Of a DNA stretch of 64,000 bases, positions 1 to 12,857 are shown one piece after another (within the stretch, counting starts at the first letter, position 1; each line of letters starts with the position of its first letter). Both the position numbers and the translations under genes were made by a program. Under the pieces are notes generated by a model that did no database searches, was not told the DNA's origin, and saw nothing but the letters and a program-made list of their open reading frames with translations. The stretch covers positions 131,068,001-131,132,000 of the forward strand of contig OX597814.1 in the NCBI GenBank assembly GCA_951406725.2, read 5' to 3'. The DNA comes from Octopus vulgaris. Taxonomy: Eukaryota.

Positions 1-59
1 ATGCATCATCATTCGGGTCGACCGATTCCGCCGCTTGTTGGAATGTCGTCAACTCCGGA

Positions 60-330
60 TCATCAGTTTCGGTTACGTTAAATCTAAACTGTTTTTCTCT
101 CACCATGTCATGGATGGATCACCAAATCTGTTACTGTTGTAAAGCCTTCCTGAAGTAATTGAGGATCGTGAAAGTTGTAAGTTTGCTGCGCGTGTTTGTG
201 ACAAGATGGATAACACTCAGGACACCTTCTCCTCGATTTACGATCGAGTTCCATTCCGACTGACAGGTCGTAAGTCAATCTGGTCGTATGTCGGATTTAT
301 ATTTTTCAACATTATTTTCATTCATGCAAC
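60..330 (-). pseudogene. Possible decayed gag-like fragment of an LTR retrotransposon
   Basis: Minus-strand peptide '...EGFTTVTDLVIHP' loosely resembles Gypsy-type gag segments; interrupted by stops. Confidence 0.2.
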
Positions 331-734
331 TGATGCTTGAAAGCGACTGAGTGAGAGACAGTGGCAGGCAGTGGATGCCTGAGTCTGAGGGAGGCTTACG
401 TTGCTAGATGCTGCCATATTTATCGTACACGCAGATTCCCATTAGTAAATGAAACACGTGTGGTGGAGAATAAATAATTCAAAAAACTTTCCATTTTACT
501 ATTTTATTATATATATATATAGCCCAAGAATCAACTGATCAAGGTATGACAGAAGCATAATTTCAGTACTTTTATAATTCCTTTGTTACACCATTAAATT
601 ACTGGTGTTAGATTTGATGGGAGAGAGTTTATCTAAGGTTTGCAATTGCTATTATTATATTATCTCTGTTATTTCTCGATCAAATTCTATTAGACAAATG
701 GTAAAATAGCACTCCTATCATCCAACTGTTCTTT

Positions 735-1150
735 CTATTTTGCAGGTAATCGTGGGGTCTTCACACAGAAAAATTGGAGGATGGTGTGGAGATCTTTATT
801 TTCCCCAATTGCTAGTAATTTTCTTTCGTCATTTCCTAGTGTGTTCTCTCTCTTGAAGCGGAAGATATTATCTGGAATACCTCTATAGCCCAATTTAATC
901 TTGTCTATATCATACATGTCGTCAAATCCGAGGTCTGTATTTTCCTCATCTACATAAAACTTCTGATTCAAATTTGTCTTATTTTCTATCGAAGCAAACT
1001 AACAACTCGTAGGGTTGGACTATATCCTATTCGAAGTTCAGTGAAGTATTTGGCTTTCTCTGACAGCATTGCTCCAGATTAAAAGTACGTCTCTGGAGCT
1101 GCCATCGGTAAACCATTGGGATAATTTTCCATCTGCATTAGCATTTTTGC
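735..1150 (-). pseudogene. Highly degenerate reverse-transcriptase-like remnant
   Basis: Minus-strand 'PNGLPMAAP' (cf. GxxMGSP) followed ~55 codons later, across frameshifts, by 'KFYVDE' (cf. YVDD). Confidence 0.3.
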
Positions 1151-1835
1151 CAGTTTCTTGTTTATTTGTTTCTATTTTGCTTTGTTTTATTTATTTTTAC
1201 ATGTATTAGACTGAAAGGTTGCTCTCATTTCTTCGTTTTTCAAGGTCAATATTGATAAGTGGGATTCGAAACAAAGAATTTCTTCGCCAACTCTTTCAGG
1301 TCTTGAAGAGTAACTTCTTCCTACTGATCAACAGTTGAAACTGGCTTCATTTTCTCTTAACTGCCATTCTTCTTCAATCTTCTTTCTATAAATATGATTT
1401 GAATATTGATCTGTTCGCTTTTATTTAAAGAGCCAAGCTCAATCATATCGATGTCAGTACTCTATAAAGCAATATCATTTGATACTCTTCAATTACCCAA
1501 GTTTAACTAGATTTGTATATTCTAACAATCACTTCCATACTCTTTCAGTTATTCAATAATAACAAATACGATCGGGTCGATTGGGAAAATATTAATTGGA
1601 TCAATCAAAAGTTCTTGTATTCGATTGTGAAAATAATAAAATAGCAACCATTCACCGCTTAATTTCAAACTAACTTTTACGAAATGTCTATCTACAATGA
1701 AGATTTAATTTACTAAAGGATACTATATTACACTATTGAATGTGAGATACAAGTACGCAGAAATTGGGACAAATAGATTGGGTAACATGGGACGGAGTTT
1801 TCTATACTAACAAGAAACCTAACATTTTTCTTGAT

Positions 1836-1893
1836 CATACATACATACATACATACATACATACATACATACATACATACATACATACATACA

Positions 1894-1925
<32 letters not shown>
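1836..1925. repeat. (ATAC)n microsatellite
   Basis: Perfect tetranucleotide array. Confidence 0.95.
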
Positions 1926-2040
1926 CACGTACATGCAAAAATACGAGGTTGATGTTGTTGAAATTCAAATGAAGGGGCCTTGGATCTAGGGATAGAAACC
2001 GCCTTCTTTTCAGTTGGCAAGAAATTTTGAAATAAAACTG

Positions 2041-2423
2041 AACAAGAGCACTCAGAGAGCGCAGACCTCCGCCATGGCAACACCAACGTCCACTCAACGA
2101 TTAGCAGAGAGGATTTTTCAAATGAGAATATCCGAAATAAACTCGCCTGCTCTCAGAAACGAGAATACTAAAAATGAACCTGACCGATCTCAAAAAATTA
2201 AGTGAAAAAAAAAAATGGAAAAAATAGTCCAGAATCCTTGTCCGTACCGGATCTATCCCAAAATCTAATCAGTTCGTGCCAGTCACGAAGCGAAACATCC
2301 CTGAAAGTTCCATCCGAATCCATCCAGCGGTTCTTGAGATGTCTTGTTCACGGACAAACAAACAAACAAACAAACAAACACGACTGAAAACAATACCTCA
2401 GCCTTCGCTAAGGCGGAGGTAAT
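2041..2423 (-). mobile_element. Non-autonomous Helentron-type element (HINE / DINE-1-like)
   Basis: Minus strand: 5' palindrome acctccgcc-ttagcgaa-ggctgaggt, internal (TTTG)n, 3' subterminal repeat ggcggaggt, then hairpin gcgctc-tct-gagtgc and end cttgtt. Confidence 0.7.
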
Positions 2424-3149
2424 AATCACACACACACACATACACACACATATACATACATGCATACATGCATGCATACATACATACATACATACATACA
2501 TACATACATACATACATACATACATACACACACACATATACACACACACACACACATACAATGCATACATAGGGTAATTTCAAAAATTCAGAAAGTATAA
2601 AAGGCGAAGTGGGTGCTGACAGCATTTGAACTCTTACCTCCGCCCACGAAACTACTGGCCTTGTGGCAAAATTTGAAACAAATATTAACGGAAACTATAT
2701 ACATTAAAACTTTAATAATATTTATTTAACAAGCAAAGAAGTTGATTAATGGATCTTATCTTTAATAGATGCAATGAATTGTGGAAGTTGTAAAGATAAT
2801 TTATGAACACCCTGTATATACATACGTGTGTGTGTATTTATATTCGACTGCTCCTTGAGTTATGCAGCATGCAGTTTATATGATTGTACTTTACCTCATT
2901 TTTTTTTTTTTCGTTTCCTGTATCAATTTTTAGAAATGTATCAATTTTTAGAAATATCAATTCGCCGTTCCCGTTTTATATTTTTCCTGATTTAAAAAAA
3001 AAATTTGTATTAATTTTACTTTTCCTTTCGTTTCTCTTTTAAGAAAGGTTGGCTAAACGTTGAAGTACCATTTAAGCTGATATTTAGTTTTTCATAATTT
3101 GTTAAATATTTTCAGCATTAGATAGTCTTTTTTTTTTTTTTTTTTTCAA

Positions 3150-3660
3150 ATGTCAACCAAAAAGATAAACGAGCAAGAAAATCGATTTATCTACAAATGA
3201 AAATTAAAATATTGAATCAACTTCAAAACCGAAAGGGCTCGATAGAAACTACAAAACTATTGAATATGTGCAAAGAAAACGAACAATCTAGAGGAAAGAA
3301 AAAATAATTAGAGCCAGTATAATCGCAGGATCTTCAATAAGTTCGAAACACACATCAAATATACGTAATAATATTATAGGAACAATGGCGAAAAGATCAA
3401 TTACTTTGGATAAGAGATTAAACACTGAAAGGATTGCGTACAAACAGGTTTACTATACGACAAAAAGCAGTAAGAATTGTTAATCAAATCAACACTAGAA
3501 ATCAAATATCTAATTAGCTACATACAACCTAGATTTTCGGGTAGTAAGAAATGGCTTTAAATAATTTCTTTAATCGAATATTTCAACATTATATTAAATT
3601 ACATGGCGAAATTCGATGAAGCGATAAGAAAACTGCGCTAGAAAACAATTTGTGTCACAA
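3150..3660 (+). pseudogene. Tigger/pogo transposase remnant (N-terminal CENP-B-like HTH region)
   Basis: 'KRARKSIYLQMKIKILNQLQN', 'FSGSKKWL' (cf. FxASxGW) and 'IKLHGE'; many stops and frameshifts. Confidence 0.55.
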
Positions 3661-3721
3661 TTAACTAAAATAATAGCCTTTAATTTTTTTTTAAACAAAT
3701 ATGTTTTAAAGAATATGCTTA

Positions 3722-3920
<199 letters not shown>

Positions 3921-4069
3921 AAGAAGATGAAACAAGTCTATTTCAGAGGAAATTGTCAAACTTTTTTTTTTGTTTTTGGCCTTTTTATAAGGGAGAGAGA
4001 AAATGGGATTTAGCGTCAAACGTAAATAATAATGAATTTTACTCCAGTGTAAGCACAAAGACACAGGTG

Positions 4070-4105
4070 CACGCACACACGCACACACACACACACAAAC
4101 ACAAA

Positions 4106-4141
<36 letters not shown>

Positions 4142-4281
4142 CACAAACACACACAAAACATTTGCGAGTGTATATATATATATATGTGTATATACAAATA
4201 TACATGTATATCTGTCTATTTATCTTTCTCTCTCTCTGTCTCCTTCTATCTATCTATCTATCTATCTATTTATCTATCAAC

Positions 4282-4331
<50 letters not shown>

Positions 4332-4385
4332 CTCCTCTTTCTTTGTATATATATGCGTATGCACACACACTCACACACACATACA

Positions 4386-4417
<32 letters not shown>

Positions 4418-4440
4418 CACATACATACATGCATCCATCC
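4070..4440. repeat. Compound microsatellite (AC)n/(TA)n/(TCTA)n/(ATAC)n
   Basis: Adjacent simple repeats. Confidence 0.9.
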
Positions 4441-4644
4441 ATACACTAATAGTATAGACGTCACTAATAGTAAACAATATGAAATACGAAAACAGATGAG
4501 TTCAATACGCAAACAACGAGAGAAAGAATGGAAAACAGGACAAGTAACACAAAAAACGACCCTTCATCAGTCGTCGGTTCTCTATCTACTCCCCATTTCA
4601 AGCATTGAACTACAATATGAGTCTTCGAAGACAGTTAGTCCCAT

Positions 4645-4673
4645 ATATGTGTGTGTATGTGTATGTGTGTGTG

Positions 4674-4759
<86 letters not shown>

Positions 4760-4938
4760 TCCCCCACAAACGATGCTGGTGTGTTTACGTCCCCCGTAAC
4801 TTAGCGGTTCAGCAAAAGAGACCGGTAGAATAAGTACTAGGCTTACAAAAAATAAGCCCTGGGTTCGATTTGCTCGACTAAAGGCGGTGCTCCAGCATGG
4901 CCACAGTCAAATGACTGAAACAAGTAAAAGAGTGAAGA
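4645..4938 (+). mobile_element. SINE family A, 3' half with internal (TG)n
   Basis: Matches 9390-9597: tttgtcccc...ctccagcatggccacagtcaaatgactgaaacaagtaaaagag. Confidence 0.85.
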
Positions 4939-5675
4939 GAGCGCATGTGTTTATTTGGCAAAAAAAAAAAGAAAAAAATAACCATCCCGAAATATAACAA
5001 TATTTCAAAACACGATTTGAAATGAATAACCGTAAGGATCTTTTCTGTTCGGCTGCCTCTGTGGAAATATAAAGATGATTTTCATGTCAACGATTAGCAT
5101 ACAAAACTACATCATTACACCAAATATGAAATCACGTGGAACAAAAATTGAAGAAATTAAAAAATGACGGCCAAACAGAAAAGATCCAAACGTAAAAATG
5201 TGCTTTCTCTTCCTTTTTACGCAAACTGTCAAATTTAGCCCGAACACTCTGTATAATTGTATTTTTATCCCTATTTCAATAAATATTTGTTTCAATTTTC
5301 TTCGTGTTTTTTTTTTTTTTTTTTGCACGTATATTTAAAACATTTACGCGATTCCGCTAAGCCATTATGATTCATAGAACCAATATACCGACCGAGTACA
5401 CTGAATGACATGTGCACGCATGCACGCGCACACACACACACACACGAACACACACACACATACGCATACACATGCACGCACGCGCTCGCACGCGCTCGCA
5501 CGCGCTCGCACGACATGTTTAGTGTTTTAAATCATTCATGCTGCTGTACTCTTGTACTTATTTTATCAATCTGGAAAGAATGAAAGCAAAATATAAGCCT
5601 CGAGAGGATTCGAACGAAGAACGTAGAGTTCTAACCAAATGCCACAAGGTATTCGTCTGACGTCGACTATATGTG

Positions 5676-5730
<55 letters not shown>

Positions 5731-6462
5731 ATATATATATTCGTGTGTGTGTGTGTCTGTGTTTGGTTAAGAGACAGTGAGAAAGAAAAAAAAGGAAAGT
5801 AAGTTTTATATGTGTACGTGAGTATATTTTTATCTCTGTATTGCTCACACCTCTCTTTCTCTCTCTATCTCATTCATTTATTTCATCTGTTGTTCTTTCC
5901 ATCTGTTTCTGTATTCCTTAAACTCTCTCTCTCTCTCTCACACACTCACACGCTCTCTCTTTCTCGCTCTCTTCCTCTCTCTGCCTGATGTCAGTACAAC
6001 AGGGGCGGCGCCTGTTGAAAGAACTGAATGAGTTTAGAACTAGGTAAATGAGTTCCCAAGATAGAAAATCAGCAGTGCAGTTAGGTTCATTTATTCTCGG
6101 TTTTCTTAATATTTTCATTTCCACTCCTCCTCTTTCCTACATATTTATTTTATTTCTGTTTCTTTTCTTCTTTTCTGTTTTTTTTCTCCTACGGCAACCT
6201 ATCGGGGAAATAAATTTATACAAGACACCATAAAACCTTCGGCTGCTAGGTTGACCGTGTGTCTGCATTCGGAAAGTTTCTAAACAAAGCACAGGATTGG
6301 AGAAGGCATCAAAGACTTACAATAATACATAAAAATAATACAGACGGAAATTTAGAATCGTTAGAACGTCTAGGTAAGCGTTGTATAGTTTATGAGTAGT
6401 TACGTTCAGGGTCCAAATCCAGCCGAAATTAACTTTGCCTTTTATCTGACAACGATCAGTAA

Positions 6463-6881
6463 TACCTATTTCTTTACTACCCACAAGTGCTAAACATAGA
6501 GAGGACAAAAAAGGACAGACAAACAGATTAAGTCGATTACATCAACCCAGTGCGTAACTGGTAATTATTTAATAGACCCCGAAAGGATGAAAGGCAAAGT
6601 CGACCTCGGCGGAATTTGAACTCAGAATGTAATGGCAGACGAAATACTTATTTCTTTATTACCCACAAGGGGATAAACACAGAGGGGACAAACAAGGACA
6701 GACATAGGTATTAAGTCGATTACATCGACCCCAGTGCGTAACTGGTACTTAATTTATCGACCCCGAAAGGATGAAAGGCAAAGTCGACCTCAGCGGAATT
6801 TGAACTCAGAACGTAGCAGCAGACGAAATACTGCTAAGCATTTCGTCCAGCGTGCTAACGATTCTGCCAACTCGCCGCCTT
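6463..6881 (-). mobile_element. SINE family B (tRNA-derived head, Meta-like central domain), head plus tandem body
   Basis: Reverse complement gives ggcgagttggcagaa...gagttcaaattccgc (B box)...cctttcatcctttcggggtcgataaattaagtaccag; the ~190-bp body is repeated. Confidence 0.85.
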
Positions 6882-7047
6882 AACAATCAATAGTACCATT
6901 AAAGTACTCGTGTTATTTTAATCGACTAATCCATCCCACCAAAATGTGTGACTTTGTCTCTAGGTAAGAAATTAGCATTAGAATACGGTTAAAACTCCCA
7001 AACTTGCCAAAGGTGGTTTGTTAGCAACAAAAACCATAACCTTAACG

Positions 7048-7225
7048 CGGTGTGCTAGCAGAATCGTCAGCACGCCGGGTAAAATGTTTAATGACGTTTT
7101 ATTCGTCTTTGCATCCTGAATTCAAATTCCCGCGGGGGTTGTCATTGCTTTTTATCCCCTTTGTTGTCGATAAAACAAGTACCATTTGATGGCAGCGGTC
7201 AGTGTAATCGACTTCCCCGTTCAGT
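7048..7225 (+). mobile_element. SINE family B, degenerate
   Basis: Diverged match to the family B head and central domain. Confidence 0.65.
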
Positions 7226-7512
7226 TTTCTTCAAAATACCAAAATTAGTTCAAAATATCAAAAAGTATTGCATAGTGTTAGAAGATAGTCCAAAATTGAA
7301 CACATGCACGCGTGCGCGCACATACACACATTCACGCACACACATGCAGGCATATACATACACACATAAGGATTGTCTGTAAGTTGGTTCTCATTCAACA
7401 CATTGAATTTTTATAGTTCGACACTATTTCACAAAGCATTGCCCCATATTTCTGTAATTGCAACACTATCGTTACCCGATGAGAGCTGACCTGGATTAAC
7501 AACATATGCCAC

Positions 7513-7790
7513 GGGCATATGGCGTAGTGGTTAAGAGCGCAGGCTATTAACCCCAAGATTCCGAGTTCGATTCTAAGCAGTGACCTGAACAACAACAACA
7601 ACAACAACAACAACGACAATAATAATAACATCGAAAAATATACCTTAGGAATGAGAACCCAGGTTCGAAATTTCCCCAAGACACCTGAAGAAAGCTGGAG
7701 GATATATCAGCCGAAAAGTTGTGTTAACAACAAACAAGATGAGGACAAATATCCGTTGAATGTAAATAATGAAAATAATGTAAATAATGA
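7513..7790 (+). mobile_element. tRNA-headed SINE (family D) with hammerhead-like 3' part
   Basis: A box tggcgtagtgg, B box gagttcgattc, (AAC)n/(AAT)n linker, hammerhead motif, gtaaataatg tail repeats. Confidence 0.7.
7680..7725 (+). ncRNA. Minimal type-I hammerhead ribozyme-like motif
   Basis: gacac-CUGAAGA-aagcug(gaggauauau)cagcc-GAAA-ag-UU-gugu u; stems I and II pair, stem III degenerate. Confidence 0.6.
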
Positions 7791-9174
7791 GCAACAAATC
7801 TGTCCTGACATTATTCAGTGTCCATAGCCAAAGGACTTAGCTTTTGGTAGTTCAATGTATTGAGCTGTATACAAATGTATGAGTTGTTTCTACAAACAAC
7901 AACTTTTCCTTAACATTAACTGCTGGTAGGGAGACTGTATTTCGTTTTACAACCATAATATACTAAATATATTAAAGCTTTATAAGTCAATATTGTGTCC
8001 TACTTTGCTCTATTCAATAGTATAATAACGCCGCCAAACTTAGTGGCTATTTAAGCAACATATTCGTGGATAGTTAATAGGTTGGATGTGGTACTGAAGA
8101 AGGAGCAAGAACTCCTGAAATATGTATGTACATCGATTACTTATATTTACATCTTCGATTGCATTGTTTACATAGACGTGTTTGTATACGAAATGTTGCA
8201 ACCTCCCGTACTGGCTCTAAATTCTTTAGAAAATCTGTTGAGACCCTTAAAAAACGAGTACTTTAATAGTCACGGGTGATTTGGAGCTTGCAATGAGGAG
8301 TTTTAACTTCTTTCTCGAAAAATCTTTCCAATGATAGGATCCGAAGTATGGAGTCAGACTCGGAGTTGTGCAGCTAACGTCACACTGGGAAATAACTATT
8401 GGCTTACCAAGGTAAAAGTTGGAATCGGTGAAAATAAACCGATTTCAACTTCGAACAAATATAAATTGTATACACAATGCTGATAGCATTTTATACTTAA
8501 TGGAAAAGTGTGATTCATGTTAGATAATCATATCCTCTTGGCTAATATTTTGGTTGATCCAATGGACCAACTCTTGTTGAGCAATGATTAAATTGCCAAA
8601 GGAAATAAATCCCCCTTTTAAAGTATTAACTCACATGAAAGAGTTACAAGTACTAATCAGAATTTACTGAATCACAGAACAAAGGTAGCTCGACGTAATT
8701 CAGAATCATCTTCTTCAAATGAAGAATTAAACTTTAGAATATAATTAGACAAAACTAAGCATTCAAAAGTTAATAGACACCGTTCAACCTTATAACAGTG
8801 GAAATCGTCAATCAATGTCCCAAAAATTTTACGTGGATACGACCATCGCATAGTAAATTTTATTGTACAAGTGACTAACAATTGTTATAGTTTTTGCATT
8901 TATTGAAAGAGAAAATCGGTATAAAAATGACCCAAAACAAAAGAAGAGGAACTTTTTTCCTTTCTTCGAGTTTGGTATATCCATGATGCAACCCTTTCCC
9001 ACCGTTTAAGGGTAAAGCATAGGGAGCAGCCAGCAGATATCCAAAGAAAGAAGGTTTTATTTTATGGATTAAAAGAAGCTTACAGACTTATAGCATAATC
9101 ATCCGTGCCTCATAAATAGGCAGAGTGCTTATGAACAAGTGATTATTACATGACCTATATAGAAAATATTTTCA

Positions 9175-9597
9175 GGCGCAGGAGTGGCTGTGCGGTAAGT
9201 AGTTTGCTTACCAACCACATGGTTCCGGGTTCATTCCCACTGCGTGGGACCTTGGGCAAGTGTCTTCTGCTATAGCCTCGGGCCGACCAAAGCCTTGTGA
9301 GTGGATTTGGTAGACGGAAACTGAAAGAAGCCCGTCGTATATATGTATATATAAATTTCCATGTATGTGTGTGTATATGTTTGTATGTCTGTGTTTGTCC
9401 CCCCAACATCGCTTGACAACCGATGCTGGTGTGTTTACGTTCCCGTAACTTAGCAGTTCGGCAAAAGTGACCGATAGAATAAGTACTAGGCTGAGAAAGA
9501 ATAAATCCCGGGGTCGATTTACTCGACTAAAGGCGGTGCTCCAGCATGGCCACAGTCAAATGACTGAAACAAGTAAAAGAGTAAAAGAGTAAGAGTA
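9175..9597 (+). mobile_element. SINE family A, full length (tRNA-derived head, internal (TA)/(TG) tract, (AAAAGAGT)n tail)
   Basis: A box gtggctgtgcgg, B-box-like ggttcattccc; near-identical copies at 34091-34500 and 58788-59190. Confidence 0.9.
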
Positions 9598-10024
9598 ACC
9601 ATAACCTTGCCCTATTAACTGAAACCCCTTATTACCTTAATTTGATGTCTGATCTAACTTCTCCCATCTTACCACAGATTAAGAAGAAAAAGGGGAAATT
9701 ATTTCCAGAGTTATGATAGTAGGATCGTACATTTCTTTGTCCTTACCCTAAAAGAAGTTAGCTTCATTTCCCTCCATCGTCTATGAGATTTCACCGAGCA
9801 GCTATTTTTAATACTGTTGCTTTCGACCAGGCTTCAAGATCGTAGCATAAGGTGTAGCGAATTACTTAAGACCCTATGTAGCCCCTACTCTTTCTAAAAA
9901 CTTCTGATAATTCAACCTGCATGTCTATGGTTGCGATGTACTCACTACGAAGTAAAGATTTCACACTTCACGAAAATTGCGTTCTTTCACTCCATGATGA
10001 CTTTTATGTACAGCGCAACACGTA

Positions 10025-10147
<123 letters not shown>

Positions 10148-11767
10148 ATCTGATGTACTCGTTTATTGCTCTATTGTTCTGTCAGCTGAGGAGATAAGAG
10201 CTTTCGGATTCATTTTTATTGCTTCTCTACTTTAATGGAACGGTCACCTTCTACCTAGTTATCTGTCTACATGCATGTGTGTGTGTGTGTGTGTGCCTGT
10301 GTTTGAGCGTCCACTGGACTAACTAAACACCTTTACACACACATATATTATATATATATATTGCACAGCCACACACACGAAGTTAAGCCTATACGTGCAT
10401 GTACTCACACATATACAATGCGCTCGCAAACATATATACATAAGTATACACCTACCTTCGAACACATGCAGGTAGATATATTCATACAGATTCATATATG
10501 CACACTTGTACATATGGCTCGATCGTTTGTATATCCCTTAGCTACATTACATTATATTATGCTAAATTACATTATCTTATATTATATTATATTATATTAT
10601 ACTATATTGTTCCATATTTCTTGTTAGGCACCTCGGTTCATTTCACGATAAAATTATCATCATCATCGTCATCATCAACATCATCCCCACCACGAGCACC
10701 ACCACCACCACTACTACTACTAACGGTCTTATATTATTGTTGTTAGTACTAAGTATATGATGGTGTGGGAGAGATAGTCGTTCTTTCTACTGAGAAGCGG
10801 GATGTGGTTTCCCTTATATATAAATGCTACGGTGATCGATCGTAGATCAGATTGTGTTGGATATGATTCGTCGTTGTCTAATGATCCGTCAAGTTTATCC
10901 ATGACAAATTACTACGCACACCAGTAGTGTTTAATTCTTTCACCTACTCTACAGACCATCTCTTCTATAAAAGTTCTTGCGGTGTCTTTATGCTGCCCAT
11001 CTATGCACTACGAGAGATAATTCTATGTGGCTAGAATTATAGTTTACTAGTGAGCTGGTTTGGTAAATCATGCAGCTATTATGAGATAGTGATTTTTTTG
11101 GAAATAGATGTAACCTACTAATGAGTAATTTAATGGATTTACTTGTTCTTTAACATCTTTTACCATAATTTTTATTTTCGGTCAATGGTTCCTTAAACAC
11201 GTGAGCTGGTTCGCTCTTGAATATAAATATCCGCAAATATATACTGGAATCAACTTTGCCTTTCATCCATCTAGGTTGATAGAATAAAAGTACTGAAGTC
11301 AATGGTATTGGCTTAAACCCACCTCTTAACCCCTTGCAGACGGATTTAGCACTGAAAATCTGTGTTCTGTAACGGTTTTAGGCCATTCAGTAACTGCATC
11401 ATTTTTCATACAACGAATTTTACAGTGTATCATCATGACCGGTTTCTCGCGCCTCTAAAACTTTACGTTTCGGAGTCATACCGATTGTGAGAAAATTCGT
11501 AACGCGTTCAATAGCAACGTCCGTGCTTTTACAGATCATATCGGTTTATGAAACTAAGCGGAATTATTATTCACTTTTGCAAGCTTCTGAGCGGAAGTAA
11601 AATTCCCTTTTTCCCACTAACAACAGAGATACGCGTGACTACGCATCAATCACATGCATATAACCTCATCTGTGGGCCTCACATAATATCAGCAAAAAAC
11701 AAAAAGAACCCAGCTTATCCAAAGTTCTACACACAAATGTAGGCTGCGGCCATAGCTGTCATCCACT

Positions 11768-11997
11768 GGAGCTGACAGAAACGTTAGCACGCCGGACGAA
11801 ATGCTTAGCGGTAGTTCGTCTGCCGTTACGTTCTGAGTTCAAATTCCGCCGAGGTCGACTATGCCTTTCATCCTTTCGGGGTCGATTAAATAAGTACCAG
11901 TTACGTATTGGAGTCGATATAATCGACTTAATCTGTTTGTCTGTCCTTGTTTGTCCTCTCTGTGTTTAGCCCCTTGTGGGTAGTAAAGAAATAGGTT
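11768..11997 (+). mobile_element. SINE family B, full length
   Basis: gagctgacagaaacgttagcacgccgg...gagttcaaattccgccg...agccccttgtgggtagtaaagaaatagg. Confidence 0.9.
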
Positions 11998-12450
11998 TCT
12001 ATCGGTCTGATAGTCTAAAACTTCCTAGGCGCTGCCCCAGCATGGCCGCAGTCCAACGGCTAATACAACTAAGAGAAATAAAAAACATAGTAGAACATAA
12101 AATGAGGAAACTCCATAATGTTGAGTGTGACAATTGCCTACGTGCCAAACGCCTGTTTTACATTGTTTTCTAAAACATACTTATGGTGTGTTAAAATATT
12201 TTACTTCAATCAGATTAGTTAGTTTAGATTAAATTATAATGGTGTATAGCAATACGTTTGTTCTTGTTTCAGGAAGCCAGCGAAATTTATACTAGCAAAT
12301 GAACAATGATAGTTTGTCTTTTTTCTGAATAATGTATAATGAATATACGATATGATAAATGAGAATAGAAATTGTCTGTGATGTACAAATTAAGTAACTC
12401 GGAAAGGTATCGCAAAAAATAATAATAATGATGATGATGATGAACATAAC

Positions 12451-12511
<61 letters not shown>

Positions 12512-12571
12512 TTTCGTTTTTGGATTTGGTTTGCAAGATTCTTTATATGAGTTCGTGTGTTGAAGCATATA

Positions 12572-12771
12572 CTGCTGTGTCTGTGGAGTCATTCTCTTTT
12601 AGTGCTTTATTATTTAACACACTCACCGGTAAAATTTCCACTTATTTCTTATTTTTATTTTCTAAAATTTTCGTTGCGTGTTGCAACCTTTTCAATAGTC
12701 AAGACTATTTTACCGGTGAGTGTGTTAAATAATAAGGCACTAAAAGAGAATGACTCTCCTCAGACACAACA
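12572..12771. repeat. Fold-back / MITE-like element with ~63-bp inverted arms
   Basis: 12572-12634 is the near-perfect reverse complement of 12707-12771. Confidence 0.75.
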
Positions 12772-12839
<68 letters not shown>

Positions 12840-12857
12840 GTAACAGCAACAATAAAA

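Noticed and set aside
7513-7585. tRNA gene
   Set aside because: A/B boxes are present but the acceptor stem does not pair; it is a SINE head. The same applies to the other SINE heads.
8150-8420. Possible mariner 3' remnant
   Set aside because: Only faint resemblance (EMLQPP..LLRPLKN); no catalytic motif.
12271-12302. Possible terminal exon (EASEIYTSK*) after tttcag
   Set aside because: Too short to distinguish from chance.
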